NCBI GenBank assembly: GCA_951406725.2
Contig: OX597817.1
Location: 125,426,001-125,490,000, forward strand
Direction of reading: 5' to 3'
Source: Octopus vulgaris
Taxonomy: Eukaryota
DNA length: 64,000 nucleotides
Under the pieces are notes generated by a model. That model had not been told where the DNA came from. It saw only the letters and a list, made by a program, of their open reading frames with translations, and ran no database searches. Of this stretch, positions 27,319 to 41,140 are shown in pieces (position 1 is the stretch's first letter; each line of letters starts with the position of its first letter). Both the position numbers and the translations under genes were made by a program.

Positions 27319-28338
27319 ATATGTATGTATGTATATGTATGTGCGTATGTGTATGTAATTGTATGTGTATGCATGCGCGTATATATGTGTATGTATATGT
27401 ATACGTGTGGGTGTGTGTATGTGTATATACGTGAATGTATGTAGGTGTATGTATGTATGAATATAACGCGTGCGTGCGTGTATGTGTATGTGTGTACGAA
27501 TGAGTGAGTGTACGTGCTAAAGAATGTGCGTGAGTGAATGAGTGCTTGTTTTCCAGTAGACAGAAAAATGGACTGGCTGTCATAGCCAAGATGTTTGCGA
27601 CCAGCGGTCAAAGATAACTAAAGTAATAAATGAAGATAATAAAATTAAAATTAGGGAATGGGTCTGTATTTGTATGTGTATATATATGTGTGTATGTGTA
27701 GGTATGCATAGGTACACATATGTATATGTATATATATATATATATATATGTATGTATATGTATGTGTGTGTATATATGTGTGTATGTGTATATATGTGTA
27801 TATAGGGACTAGTGTGCTGTGTGTGCATGTGTGTGTGTGGATATGTGTGTGTATGCGTGTATGTGAGTATGTGTGTGTATGTGTATATATATTTTTCTGT
27901 GTGTATATGTATGTGTGGTCGTGTGTGTATATATACATGTGTGTATACGTGTATGCATGTGAGTGTGTGTATGTATACATATATGTGTATGTGTAGATAT
28001 GTATATGTATGTGTAAGCGTATATATATGTATATATGTGTGTGTGTATGTATGTGTGTATGTATATGTATATATGTTTGTATGTGTGTGTATATATGTAT
28101 ACATATGTGCATAGGTATAAGAGAGAATCTCCTTATTTACCTAAAACTCTATTCCCTTTTTTTTATATATATATATTTTTTTATTTTTTTATTTATTCTT
28201 CTATCTAATTTAACACTGACTCCTTGACCACTCCCCCAAGTATGATATTTTGCGCTATGCCTACCCCCAAAAAGTCCCCCACCAACACCCCTTTAAACCT
28301 GCCTAAATGTATGAATGCCAATACAATTCTTGTTAACT

Positions 28339-28389
28339 AGCTTCCTGAAGATTTCTCTTGAATGAAACAGTTCTAGTCCTGTAGAAGCT
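28339..28389 (+). ncRNA. Type I hammerhead ribozyme at the 3' end of the Penelope-like element
   Basis: Stem I AGCUUC/GAAGCU (6 bp), CUGAAGA, stem II UUC/GAA with a U-U closing pair, GAAAC, stem III ACAG/CUGU with CUAG in the loop, and cleavage triplet GUA. Confidence 0.78.
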
Positions 28390-28399
28390 CCTTCTATAT

Positions 28400-28464
<65 letters not shown>

Positions 28465-28930
28465 TAGATAGATAGATAGATATATATGTATGTATGTATG
28501 TATAGAGTGAGATAGATAGATAGATAAATAGATGCATGCACTAATAATTACTGTGTATCTTTGACAGTGAATATAATTATGTACATACTTGTGCAAACAT
28601 GTGTGCACATGGCAGTCAATGCATGTATGTAGGCATTTGTCTGTGAACACTTAAACCTTTATAATTTTATTTGAATTCTTCATTAGCAATTGTCCTTGTA
28701 ATCTGTAGTCATCTCTGCTAACTATGATGGCAACAATGATGACTATAACAGCAATGAGTATTATGAGAAAGTATTTTATTCTTAGAAAAAGTTGTTGGTT
28801 TACCTACAACTTGTAATAAGCTTAGTTTTTATAAGCATTTTACATTAGAGGAGATTTATTATGTAGAGAATAGGAAATAAGACATGGTGGGTATAGTTCA
28901 CTGCAGATTCTGGTAAATATAATTCTAATT

Positions 28931-29159
28931 TTAACCCTTTCATTACTGTATTTATTTTGAGATGTTCTGTGTTTCTTTCAATTACTTTAAATATAACAAA
29001 GAATTTAGTAAAATGACTTAGTTATCATTCAGCTTGGATTAGGAACATAAATTGTGACTAAGGTTTGGTGGAAGATTTTAATTTAAAACTTATGGAAACA
29101 AGACATTTGTACAACAGAGCCAGAGCCAGTTTCAGCCGGGCTGGTAACAAAAGGGTTAA
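28931..29159. mobile_element. piggyBac-type MITE, family 1
   Basis: TTAA-CCCTTT...AAAGGG-TTAA ends; reverse complement of 17285-17512. Confidence 0.82.
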
Positions 29160-29245
29160 TTGAGATATAAGTGGGTAAGGTAGTGGTCCTAACTGTTTTC
29201 AAAGTCAGTGAGACTAGTGAGAGGGAAGGAGGAAAGAAAGTGCCC

Positions 29246-29474
29246 TTAACTCTTTAACATTCAGATTACTCTGTCAAATCTAATGATTATTTATTCCTAT
29301 TGTTTTGAATTAATCATGCATTATCTTGTAGCTTTGAGATTTCTATAGATGTGATTGCTTATTTGTAGAAGAACATTGTAGGGCAGGTGTGAGCAGTTGT
29401 ATCTGGCTAGTTTGAATGTAAAACAGGTAGAATATTTAGGCCAGATATGACTAATTTGTATGCTAAAGGGTTAA
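29246..29474. mobile_element. piggyBac-type MITE, family 2
   Basis: TTAA-CTCTTTAACAT...ATGCTAAAGGG-TTAA ends; homologous to the interrupted copy at 61206-61997. Confidence 0.7.
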
Positions 29475-29794
29475 ACCAAAAAGAGATCTAATCCAAATTC
29501 TGGCAAAAGAATGGGTTCTGCTAAAGGTAGCTATATGTCAGGAAATGATGTTAAAAGTAAACCATGACAGTATTTGACTTCAGAACATGTCAAACCAGAA
29601 CAGCATAATGCTCATATAATTCTAGAAATCCAACACCAAAGGCTGGTGGGTTATTTAGAAAGCTAAGAAGGATGAAAGGCAAAGTTGACCTTCATGGGAT
29701 TTGAACTCTGAAAGCAAGAAGCTTGAATAAATTCTAAGAGGCATATCTTCCTTGCAGTAATGACACTATCCCCTATATACTTTAAAGTTAATAA

Positions 29795-30024
29795 GGCAGC
29801 GAGCTGGCAGAAACGTTAGCACGCCGGGCGAAATGCGTAGTCATATTTCGTCTGCGGTTACGTTCTGAGTTCAAATTCCGCCGAGGTTGACTTTGCCTTT
29901 CATCCTTTCGGTGTCGATAAATTAAGTACCAGTTACGCACTGGAGTCAATGTAATCGACTTAATACCTTTGTCTGTCCTTGTTTGTCCCCTCTATGCGTA
30001 GCCTCTTGTAGGTAATAAAGAAAT
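29795..30024 (+). mobile_element. tRNA-derived SINE family A, full length
   Basis: Head GGCAGCGAGCTGGCAGAAACG, GAGTTCAAATTCC and the core CTTTGCCTTTCATCCTTTCGGTGTCGATAAATTAAGTACCAG. A partial copy follows at 30100-30250. Confidence 0.88.
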
Positions 30025-30970
30025 ATATATACGCTTAAGTTATCGATTTTTTTCAGCTTTTTCATTATTTTGGTTGAATATAATTCTTCTGGCTTTATGC
30101 TCGGAGTTCAAATTCCACTGAAGTTAACTTTTCTTTCCTCACTGGGTTGATAACTGATAACATAAGCACCAGTTGAGTGGGGAGGGGTGGGGGAGTTATC
30201 AACTAATCCCCTCCTCCTAAATTTGCTTGCCTTGTACCAAAATTTGTGACCCTTATTTTGGTGGCATGATATGTCATGGAATGTTCCTAAGCCATTCAAC
30301 AAAGGCCTTTTTGTCATTATTTTTTATGATTTGAATAAATGATATCAAGTTATTAAATGCCTATTACAGGTATGGAAAATTTATCATTTTGCATGCAGGT
30401 GGGGAATGGTGACATTGTTGGAGATTAGTTATATTTCAAGATATGAAATGTCATCTATTGTTGTTCATGAGAAATCCAGTTTGATAATATAGTTTTAATA
30501 AAAAAAAACTAAATCAAATAAACAGCAAAATATGCACATGTTTGATAAAATCTATTGTTTGCATATCATAAAATGATGGCATTTAATTATGTGATTCCTT
30601 TGAAATATTAAATTCATTTGGACCAATTTTAATATCATCTCACTTTAAACTTCCCTTACTGCTTTGATACCAAACCTCATTTTTGAACTGTTCATATCTA
30701 TATTAAAACTTCCTATCATAATTTTATGTGAGAACCTTTCTATTAGTTGACTAAGTTTCTTAAAATTTTGGATTATTTTCGAAATTAATAAAAATACTTC
30801 ATATATTTCAACAGAGATATACAGTGTACTTCAATAGAATTTGTTTACAAAATCATTAAAATCTTCAAATATTTCAGTATCAGTTTAATAAATGATATTG
30901 TCTAATAAATTCTAACTAAAACTATTATATAATTTTGACACATTACTACTACAATATATATGTAAGTATG

Positions 30971-31023
<53 letters not shown>

Positions 31024-31729
31024 CCCTATAAAATTAAGTATAAATTGATTAGCTTCAGGGTACTGCAATTTGTTTTAAATGAAGATATCCACAAGCATTT
31101 GAAACTGTAGGATTTCAAAAGTGACTAATCAAAGAAATTAATATTATTCCCACAAGTTATATAACTAATCAATGAATTGTGTAGCCTATACAAATTTTAG
31201 CTTATTAAATATTGTCAGCATTCTAAAATTATGAAGAGTTACTTCCCTCAATCAAACAAATCTTCAAAATCACCTAAGCATTATCAATAGCAAACCCAAA
31301 ATGAGACTGGAAAATTTACTAAGGAGATGAAGGGCTTTCAAAAGCCGAATGAGTTGAATATGATCTTGTTCGATGTTTAATGTTAACTTGCATGAAAAAT
31401 CAAAGACAAATAAGTTGCAAGAGAATAGCTGTTTATTAAGAACACCTACTGGTAGTGAGTCAGACATATTTAGAGAGAGAGAGATAGTGTTTTCTTGATG
31501 TGTATAGTGAATAACTCTCACAAAGTTATTTAAACTATACTAAATTCCTTATTTTTCAACTAATGTGTCAAGAGCAAATCAACCCAGCAGGAATCTTCCT
31601 TCTCCGATCAAAATCCATGAGACATTTTTAACCTATGTCAGTTAGTTAATGATGTTCTTAATGATTGAGTTGTGTTCCAGCGGCCAGCAACAAAAAATTC
31701 TATAGCCAAAGTGTTCCTACATATATATA

Positions 31730-31941
31730 CTCTTTTACTCTTTTACTTGTTTCAGTCATCATTTGACTGTGGCCATGCTGGAGCACCGCCTTTAGTCAAG
31801 CAAATCGACCCCAGGACTTATTCTTTGTAAGCCTAGTACTTATTCTATCAGTCTCTTTTGCTGAACCACTAAGTAACGGGTACGTAAATACACCAGCATT
31901 GGTTGTCAAGCAATGTTGGGGGAACAAATACAGACACACAA

Positions 31942-31986
<45 letters not shown>

Positions 31987-32155
31987 TATATGCGTTGGGC
32001 TTCTTTCAGTTTCCGTCTACCAAATCCACTCACAATGCTTTGGTCAGCTTGAAGCTATAGTAGAAGACACTTGCCCAAGGTGCCATGCAGTAGGACTGAA
32101 CCCGGAACCATGTGGTTCGTAAGCAAGCTATTTACCACACAGCCACTCCTATGTC
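31730..32155 (-). mobile_element. tRNA-derived SINE family B with internal microsatellite
   Basis: On the minus strand: head TGGCTGTGTGGTAA...GGTTCAGTCC, CCTTGGGCAAGTG, an internal (TG)n and a (GTAAAAGA)n tail. Same family as 61381-61850. Confidence 0.88.
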
Positions 32156-32567
32156 TATATAGTGTATCTTAGGTGTACAAACAGATGCATGTGAATTATA
32201 TAACTCCATGTGAATTATCATTGTCCAGTCTGCTTTTAGTTTAGTGGTTAAATAACTACTGTACTAGTTAAGCTATGGAGAGGAAATACAGAAGTTATAA
32301 TAAACGCAAGTTTATATTATTAGTCCTTCCATATATTTCACTGTTGTAGCTATTTGGAACTCTGCATTGAATGTTCCAAGTTAGCTGAATGCTTAATGAC
32401 AAAGGATCATCATTAGTTCACTGTAATATAATGCAACAGAGTATTTTTGGATTATCTGTTGTGGTTAAGCATCCAGTTGCACGTGGAATATCCAGTGCAG
32501 AATCTCAAACAACCACAGTGGTGAGACATATGTAGAGATAAACAATATAAACTTATGTTTATTATAA

Positions 32568-33174
32568 TCTATATATATGAAACTGAAGTTGTCTGTGTGT
32601 GTGTGGCAGGTTTGGTAGCCTTCAACTAACACTATCTCCTCCGAGATCCTGTGACACAAGTTGACCAAAATTAAGAGTATGATAGAAGAAGGCTTGTTCT
32701 TCATTCCGTAGAAGAAAAAATACCTGTCGGACCATGTTAAGATCAAAAATTATTTACATCAAAAAGGTGCTTTTTTTCTATGAAAAGCCCTATTTTTAAT
32801 GATTTTTTGACTGCTCTGTCACCATTTTTCGGTGTATTTCAACCAGAAAAATGTTCACTTAAAGAGAATAACAAGCTACATAATGCAAAATTTCTATTTT
32901 TCAAAAGTTACAATTCTAAAGAGTTGAAAAGAATTTTTTTGTGATGTCACTGGTTTTGAGTGAACGACAGATCAGCTGATCCAATGCAGAGGAGTAATTT
33001 TCGCTGCATGAATGCACTAATTTTCAAGGTCGTCAACTGCTACAGCGTTGAGTACAATTCAGCAATTTCAATCGATTTTTTGTGAGAAAAACTAATTGCA
33101 TTAGCGTAAGACAGAACGAGTGAATGAAGTGCAACTAAAACACAAACCCGAGCAACGTCGGGCTATACTGCTAG
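32568..33174 (+). mobile_element. Non-autonomous Helitron
   Basis: 5' A^TCTATATATAT; 3' hairpin CCCGA-gcaacg-TCGGG at 33147-33162, followed 8 nt later by CTAG^T. Confidence 0.8.
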
Positions 33175-34013
33175 TTTATTATAAAATGCAACTAAATAGA
33201 ACCTATTAATTGGGAGTTGACTGTCACAGCTCTGAATGCATTTCAGTAATAATGGTAGGAAAACAATTGACCAGACTCAAATTTAGCAATTCGGGTCTGG
33301 TAGCCTGGTGCACTATTGAGCTAATCAAATTACCATCCATTATCATTTTTTTTTAGTACTCATGCATTATGGTACCCCTTTGAATATTTCAAGTTAGATA
33401 ATGAATAAATTAATTCCATCAATCAATTATGTTTATTAATATTTAATTATAAATTGATGATGACAATGTTGATGATTATTTGGAATTTTTCAGATTTGAT
33501 TTTTTTAAGTAAATTATCTGACAGTAAAAAAGAAAAAAAACATTAAGGGGCATATGATAAATATTAAGCACTTTAAATTTAATTGCAACTTTAATCTAAG
33601 GTCTTCAAAGGAAATTTTCATCTTAATATTTTCTACTGCTTCCTACACTATTGCAATGATGTAATTCTTCCTTTTAAAACAAAGCTTTTGACCATGACTG
33701 GAATATAAATTTCCTGGCAATTGCCTGTTTATAATATGTTTGATCTGTCTCTCATCTTTTGGATTGCTGTTACCAGTTAGATTGCCCAGTTTCAGCGTCT
33801 GCAGCTACAGCTCTCTGACCCACATGCTATTGACTTTGGCAGGGTCCAGGATTTGGTTTTTCCACCCACACTGTCATTCTCATGCAACAATGACTCACTT
33901 GTAATTATCTCCAACAATTCCCTTTCCTACGGAAATAATACCAACCTCCACTCCTCCCTAACTTCTGTACCTGAAACATCTTATGCCAAATATGCATTGA
34001 TTTCATGAACATA

Positions 34014-34458
34014 GATGCTGGCATGGCTGTGTGGTAAGAAACTTGCTTCTCAACTACATGGTTCTGGGTTCACTCCTACAGCATGGCACCTTTGGAGAGC
34101 ATCTTCTACTATAGCCATGGGCTGATCAAAGCCCTGAGTAGATTTGGTAGACAGAAACTGCAAGAATCCCATTGTATGTATGTATGAATATATGTATGTA
34201 TGTATATATGTATGTGTGTGCATGCATGTGTGTGTATGTGTGTGTGTGTGTATGTGTGTGTGTCTTTGTGTCTGTGTTTGTTCCCTCATCGTTGTTTGAT
34301 AACTAGTGTTGGTGTATTTAGGTCCCCATAACTTAGTGGTTCAGCAAATAAAGGCCAATAAGTTATGGTGTTGATTTGCTCAACTAAAACCCTTCAGAGT
34401 GGTGCTCCAGCATAGCCACAGTCAAATGACTGAAACAAGTAAAAGAATAAAAGAATAA
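34014..34458 (+). mobile_element. SINE family B
   Basis: TGGCTGTGTGGTAAG...GGGTTCACTCC, an internal (TG)n and a GTAAAAGAATAAAAGAA tail. Confidence 0.85.
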
Positions 34459-35412
34459 ATGAACAGACCTCTAAACTTCCTTTAATGGTGGTATACCAAA
34501 CTTGTTCCCTTTGAAACAAGGGGTCAAAGGGTACCATCACTACTTATATCAAAAAGACATAATTGCACTCCTTCTCTAAACAGGTATATCATTTTTGCTA
34601 AGCTTCAATGGATTGATCACCTTTTATGGTGTCCTGCCTCATTCCTTATCATCTGCCACATGCAGTAATAGAGAGAATCACCAATTTCTATTGATACTTA
34701 TGCCATGTTTTTTGACATGGTGTTTATAGCTTGCTGCACTTCCTGTCATCAGCTATTTTACAGCATGAATTGAGTGTCATTGCACCAAATGCGTTGCTAT
34801 GATAAAAGTAAGGAGTTTATTTTATGCTGTATTTGCTATTATCCAGAGTTACTACCCTCTTAGATATGTAGCTGTCATTGCAGCTTAAGGATTTTTACAT
34901 CTCGTGTTTCCTCCTCTTTTTCAAACCTTTCACATTGACAAAATTCTGTGGATTTTATGTTGTCAAACTATCATTCACATAAAAGTATTTTTGAACATAT
35001 GATAGCTAAAGCCAACTAAAAACACATCTGCAAATTATATAATTCAGTATACGTACAAATATCTATTTAGCTTTGCTCTGAGATAAATTGGGGTTTTTAC
35101 ATGAAGGAAGAAATCATGCTTTGTACCTTAGAATGCTGATAAAACCTATTTGGGTTCTACTCAGGTTTGGTACAATGAGAAAAATGTATATATTCTTCTA
35201 TGTAGCTGCTGATATTTGCAATTATCTAGTCATGTAGATTTGAAAATGATTATCAGACAAAATCCTGTAACATATCTTGATTTTGTGTCAGATGATGAAA
35301 GGTTAGTGTGACAGACAGACAGACAAAAACAGATGTCTTATTGTAGAGTAGATACATGATTACCTAGTCAGAGAGAGAGAGAGAGTGATCAAGAATGATC
35401 AATATCACTGTG

Positions 35413-35443
<31 letters not shown>

Positions 35444-38200
35444 CATGTGCATGACTTTACTGAGGAAGTAAAACATTTAACTTGGTTGAACCAAACCATA
35501 GAAGGAACCTCTATAAGAACCTGATACACAGTTGCTGGAAAGTGAAGTCAAATTCTCTTCATATGACATCATACTACCATTGAAAATACAAAGTTACATT
35601 GGGTAATGAAGTCTTAGATACATGATCTAAGACTAGATGAAATGGTGTTGGCTGAAATACTTTGATCATAGCTTTGTTTGATCACAGCTGACCTATGCTA
35701 AATGACAACTTTTCATTTGTCAGATCAATGTGTTCTCTCTCGAGGCTATAATCCAAAAATGCTTCAGAGCAAAGCTAGCTATAATTAAATATTCTTTAAT
35801 TCCTATGTTCTATAGAATGTTTATGTAATTTTTTCTTCAACACTTATCACCAAGTCTACACATGTGTATCATTAGTTCAAACATCAATGACTATGAAAAT
35901 AACCTTAAAGATCTAACATGGTATTTGACTGCTCCAGAGCTGAAGGAATACAACCCCAGTTAGATCACAATCATAGACCTATTTGGCTTTCAGACTCCTG
36001 TATCTTTCCTCTAGGAGTTAAGACCTAAACAAAATTTTAAAGCAATTGAATATCCATGTAAACAATGAAAGCTGTCTGAAAGGCAGTAGCAGTTTTTCTG
36101 CTTGTTTTGTTCTTTTTTAATGTGAAAAATATTACTGCCACTAAAACTTTAAGCATTACAATCTTATATAAGAGATCAAAGATAAAAATAATTTTTGTTA
36201 AAAATACATTATCTAGGAAAAAGAAAATACTATTAAACCTTTTGAATTTGCTGCAAAACAGTTATCGGTTTTCAAGGTTGTCAACAGAATTGTAACAACA
36301 CAACAAGAACAAATGTATTTAAAAGAGAACTTTATATCACAAAACAATGAGAATAACAATAATGATTACAACAAGAGCAACAATAATTATAATAGTAAAA
36401 ATAACATTAATAATAATAATAATGATAAATACACAATAAAGTAATTGGTTAGATTTTGTTTTAACATCATTTACAACTGAAGTTGTGTAATCAATGTGAA
36501 TTTGTTTTGATTTGGTTCATTACCATATTTGTTTTGCATAAAACACAACTTTTATCAGATGTACTCATCAAAGGATTGGGTCAAGATCAGAGAGGAGTAT
36601 AAAAAAAATCAATATTGTTAGAATTTGCATTTTTCAAATGAAAAACTATTTCAAAAAATTTGTTGCTTCTGCTTCTGTTTTGCAAGCCAAGCTATGATTT
36701 AAGAAAATTGAAAACTGCATTTTTTTGATAATTTGTTTTTATAATTATTTGATTGTAGCTATCATTGTTATTATTATATTTTTATACATTTAAAATGAGA
36801 CTTTAGTACACACCAAACATTATAGAAAAACATTTTCACATTTGTGAAACTGTCTGTGAAAGAAATATTAACTATTATAGCAACGGGTAGGGTAGGGTGG
36901 GATGGTGGAAATAGCTGGGCTGGGATAGACATGTGGTATAGATAACACTTTCCATGCGAAAAAATGCTCTGTGTTAACAGTCGAATGTACTCATGGTGGA
37001 AGATGATCAATGAAAACATGGGAAGAAATGGTAAGGTTGAATATCTGACTGACATCTAATGACCAACCACCATTACTATCAAAATCAGTTGTAAAACAAT
37101 CACATTTACTATCTTGAATCTTCATGTTGAGCCAGATCTAGAAGAGATCAATTCTCTAATGATATGCATTAGTCATGTCTTGCATCAGAGAACTTTGGCA
37201 AAATAAGTGTCTGGAGTAATTTATGCCAGACCACACCACTGGTGTACACTGACCAGATTCTCTCTAGCTTCATTAATAAAGTTAGATTATATCTCCCATA
37301 CACTCCTTTCTATGCATTGATACCCATCTCTGTGTTTGTTATGACTAGTTACACACCTACACAGATATCATCCTTCATGCTAACTTTCCAAACCTAACTT
37401 AGACATCTAATTCATATCAGATATGCACACTGTCTAAAAACAGATCTCAGAAAATATCTTCCTGTATGAACATGAAAATCTCCTTTAGCAGCAGTAAAAC
37501 ATGACCAGTATGCATAAAGGAAAAGGGGTGTCATGCAACTGACCGTTCCAATGCATGAAGAAGACAAAGCTAAAATCCTCAACATAATGCTTGGCCTCAC
37601 AATCCTGATGTTCTCTCTTATACAACATTGCTACTATTGAATTGCATCACAAAGACTAGACCTTCTCTTCAGAATTGCAAATTCTGCTGCTCTCATCAGC
37701 CGTTGACTCTATATAAAACCCAAATATAACTTGAATGCATAAGCTTTGAATGATGGTGTTGCTATAAACAAGGTCGTACCCCAGCATGGCTGCAGTCTAA
37801 TGACTGAAACAAGTAAAAGATACCAATGAACGTTTTATACTTCAACAGAAAAGGATATATGTCTTCATCGGTAAAGATTCACTTACCAATATCACGCAAC
37901 AATTCATAATATAACACATTTGTTTCTTCTCTGTCTTTTCTATCCTCACATCATTGGCTTCTTTTCTTCAGAACTACCTGGTGGCACACCAGCCAAGTTC
38001 ACCATTACTACTCTCGTCATCATTCTTATTGAGTCCTAATTTCCCGATCTTTTGCTCACTTAACTATCCAGAGAGGTTAATATTTTTGGAGTGCACTCTC
38101 TCATTTATCTATGTTTTTCCTTAAGACATTGACATACACATTACTGCACTTGCCTTGATCTTGTTTGTCTGAAATGAGGACTACATTCATTACTTATTGA

Positions 38201-38432
38201 AGGCAGTGAGCTAGTAGAAACGTTAGCACGCCGGGTGAAATGTGTGGCCGTATTTTGTTTGCCGTTATGTTCTGAGTTCAAATTCTGCCGAGGCCAACTT
38301 TGCCTTTCATCCTTTCGGGGTCGATAAATTAAGTACCAGTTACACACTGGGGCCGATGTTATCGACTTAATCCGTTTGCCTGTCCTTGTTTGTCCACTCT
38401 GTGTTTAACCCCTTGTGGGTAGTAAAGAAATG
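38201..38432 (+). mobile_element. SINE family A with 15-bp target-site duplication
   Basis: TACATTCATTACTTA occurs at 38182-38196 and at 38433-38447. Confidence 0.9.
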
Positions 38433-38549
38433 TACATTCATTACTTAATAAAAACAACATGTAACTGATTTTTGCTTATTGGTGCATCAATCTGTGTATT
38501 AATGTCTTGATTCTACACACAAACACAGGGCTTAATATTTATGTAATTG

Positions 38550-38972
38550 CTCTCTTACTCTCTTTTACTCTTGTACTTGTTTCAGTCATTTGACTGCGGC
38601 CATGCTGGAGCACCGCCTTTAATCGAGCAACTCAACCCCGGGACTTATTCTTTTGTAAGCCCAGTACTTATTCTATCAGTCTCTTTTGCCGAACCACTAA
38701 GTAATGGGGGACATAAACACACCAGCATCGGTTGTCAAGCAATGCTAGGGGGACAAACACAGACACACAAACACACACACACGCATATATATATATATAC
38801 ATATATATACGACGGACTTCTTTCAGTTTCTGTCTACCAAATCCACTCACAAGGCTTTGGTCGGCCCAACGCTATAGTAGAAGACACTTGTCCAAGGTGC
38901 CATGCAGTGGGACTGAACCCAGAACCATGTGGTTGGTAAGCGAGCTACTTACCACACAGCCATTCCTGTGCC
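38550..38972 (-). mobile_element. SINE family B
   Basis: Colinear with 31730-32155. Confidence 0.88.
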
Positions 38973-40920
38973 TCAGCTTTCTTCATTACTCACAAATTCT
39001 CTCCATTCACATGTACTCTAAATTTGCACATCCAGCAGATCACACTTTACTCACTTTTCTCAACCTCAGCATTTCGTCTTAGTCTTATGCTTTATATGCT
39101 TCATACTATACAGCTTAAACATTCGTATGGTTTGCTTTTATAAGAGAAAGAGAGGGGGAAAAGACAGACATAGACAAAACAGCAGAAAGAAATATGGGTG
39201 CAAGACAGACAGAGGCAAAGAAGCAGAGAGAGAAAAAGAGGACGAAAGAGACCCTAGTTTTAAATGTCTGCAAAATTTTATCCCATTCTTTCTCCACTTA
39301 TCAAAATAATGATTTCCAGCATCTAACACAATGATTTCTGTATAATACAAACATAACTAAATGGTTATTTGAACAACATTTGTATATGATAACAATGAGC
39401 TAAATTAAATTAAATATGTCTTGTCCAACACACAATTGTTTAAATTATTGTGTTTATGCTTTTCTTTAAAACTTTTTAAAATCCATTTTTATGTGCATAG
39501 AGATATATAGATTATTTTTCAAATTTGGACATTTATAGAGTGCAGGCAGAAGCCATAGTAGTCTTTTTTTTTTTTTTTTTTACATAACTTCATACTTTTC
39601 TTATTACTAAGCAGTCATCTATAAAATGGAAGTAGAACTTGCTGTTGGCAATACAGATTAAAATAATTAAAGGAATGGAAAATTGGTTGCAGTAAAGTCA
39701 TGACCGTTTTACATGTAAATATATTGCATCTGAGTCTGTGTCTATGAATATATGTGTAGTATGTATTTTCATACGTATATACATGTGTGTGTGTGTATTT
39801 GTGTTTGTATGTTTATATACATGTGTATATGTGTATGTGTGAATTGCATATATATTTATGTATATATATATATTTGTGCATGTGTGTGCGCATATGTGCA
39901 TCTGTATCTACATATAGGTGCCTTGTTTTATTTTCCGAATAATACATACCAGCATCAATAACAAAACATATTCAGTAATAAAGCAAATAAATAATTCTGT
40001 CTTACTTATATAATGTCAATTGCAAAACATTTTCTATTAAAATGGTTGCAAAATATAAGATATATTATAAATTTCAACTAACAAATATACACTAAAACTG
40101 TATATTTTACCATCAGTGTGAGAAGAACTGCATAACTTAAGCGTACTGCTTTTGTATACTAATACCAAGTCAAGTGAAGAATTTTGCCCACAATCTGACA
40201 TATTATTCACCAAATCTAGCACAGCTTAACTTAAGCAGTTTGACAAGGAGCTCCATTTTCAACAATGATTGACTCAATGAACACTCAAAAGAGATTTCTT
40301 TTTATATTTAGATTCTAAGAAAGTAGCTCAGCAAAACTTTACAAAGATGGATGAAGTGTCATTCTTTAAGCTATGGGATTTGCTAGTCTTAAAGAAGTAT
40401 ACCATTCATTGTTATTGCTGTTTATCCAGCTAAAAACTTAGTCCTGACTAAATGCATTCTAGCTGTGAAGGTGCCCAGTCTTTTCATACATAATTTACAT
40501 CAAAATACATAATCTAATATACTATTTTTTTCCCTTAAAGATACTAGTGCATGAATTGAAATTTAACTACCATTACAAAATGGTTGAGTCACTTTACAGA
40601 GGCTTGCAGTAACTAATTATATTAGTTCACTGTCCCATTAATTGTCATGTAAGGTGTTTGCATATACATAAGATTTTCCTCACATGTAGTTCCTAAGGAA
40701 AACAAGGCTCCAAAAATCTAATTGAAGAACAGACTAAAGAAATTGAGTGATTTCTTATTAGGGATAAAACTCAGGAACATAAGGTTACCAAACATTTTAG
40801 AGCCAGTCAAAAATGTCTGGCGGGTATTTGTTCTGGCACTTTATTCTTAATTCTAATCCTTCCAGAGCTGATAAAATAGAGTACCAATCAATTACTGGAA
40901 TCAATATAATCAACTAACTT

Positions 40921-41140
40921 AAGGCAGTGAGCTGGCAGAATCATTACCATGCTGGGTAAAATGTTTAGAGGCATTTCGTCTATCTCTACATTCTGAGTTC
41001 AAGTTCTACTGAAGTTGACTTTACCTTTCATTCTTTCAGGATCAACAAAATAAGTACCTGTTTAGCACTGAGTTCAGTGTAATCAACTTACACATTTCCT
41101 CAAAACTACTGACCTTCTGCCAAAATGGGAACCTAGTATA
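40921..41140 (+). mobile_element. SINE family A (older copy)
   Basis: AAGGCAGTGAGCTGGCAGAATC...CTGAGTTCAAGTTC...GACTTTACCTTTCAT. Confidence 0.75.

Larger units (their letters stand above)
20572..28404 (+). mobile_element. 5'-truncated Penelope-like element (GIY-YIG) with an inverted 5' copy of its 3' region
   Basis: Left arm 20641-22392 is the reverse complement of 24424-24651 plus 27150-28404, and the right arm lacks about 300 bp (21625-21925). The GIY-YIG frame is at 22392-22811, an HHR sits near each outer end, and (TA)n flanks both sides. Confidence 0.85.

Noticed and set aside
33600-37760. Possible ancient CR1-like (33600-35180) and RTE-like (36850-37760) remnants
   Set aside because: Only faint motif echoes are visible, too degraded to call by eye.
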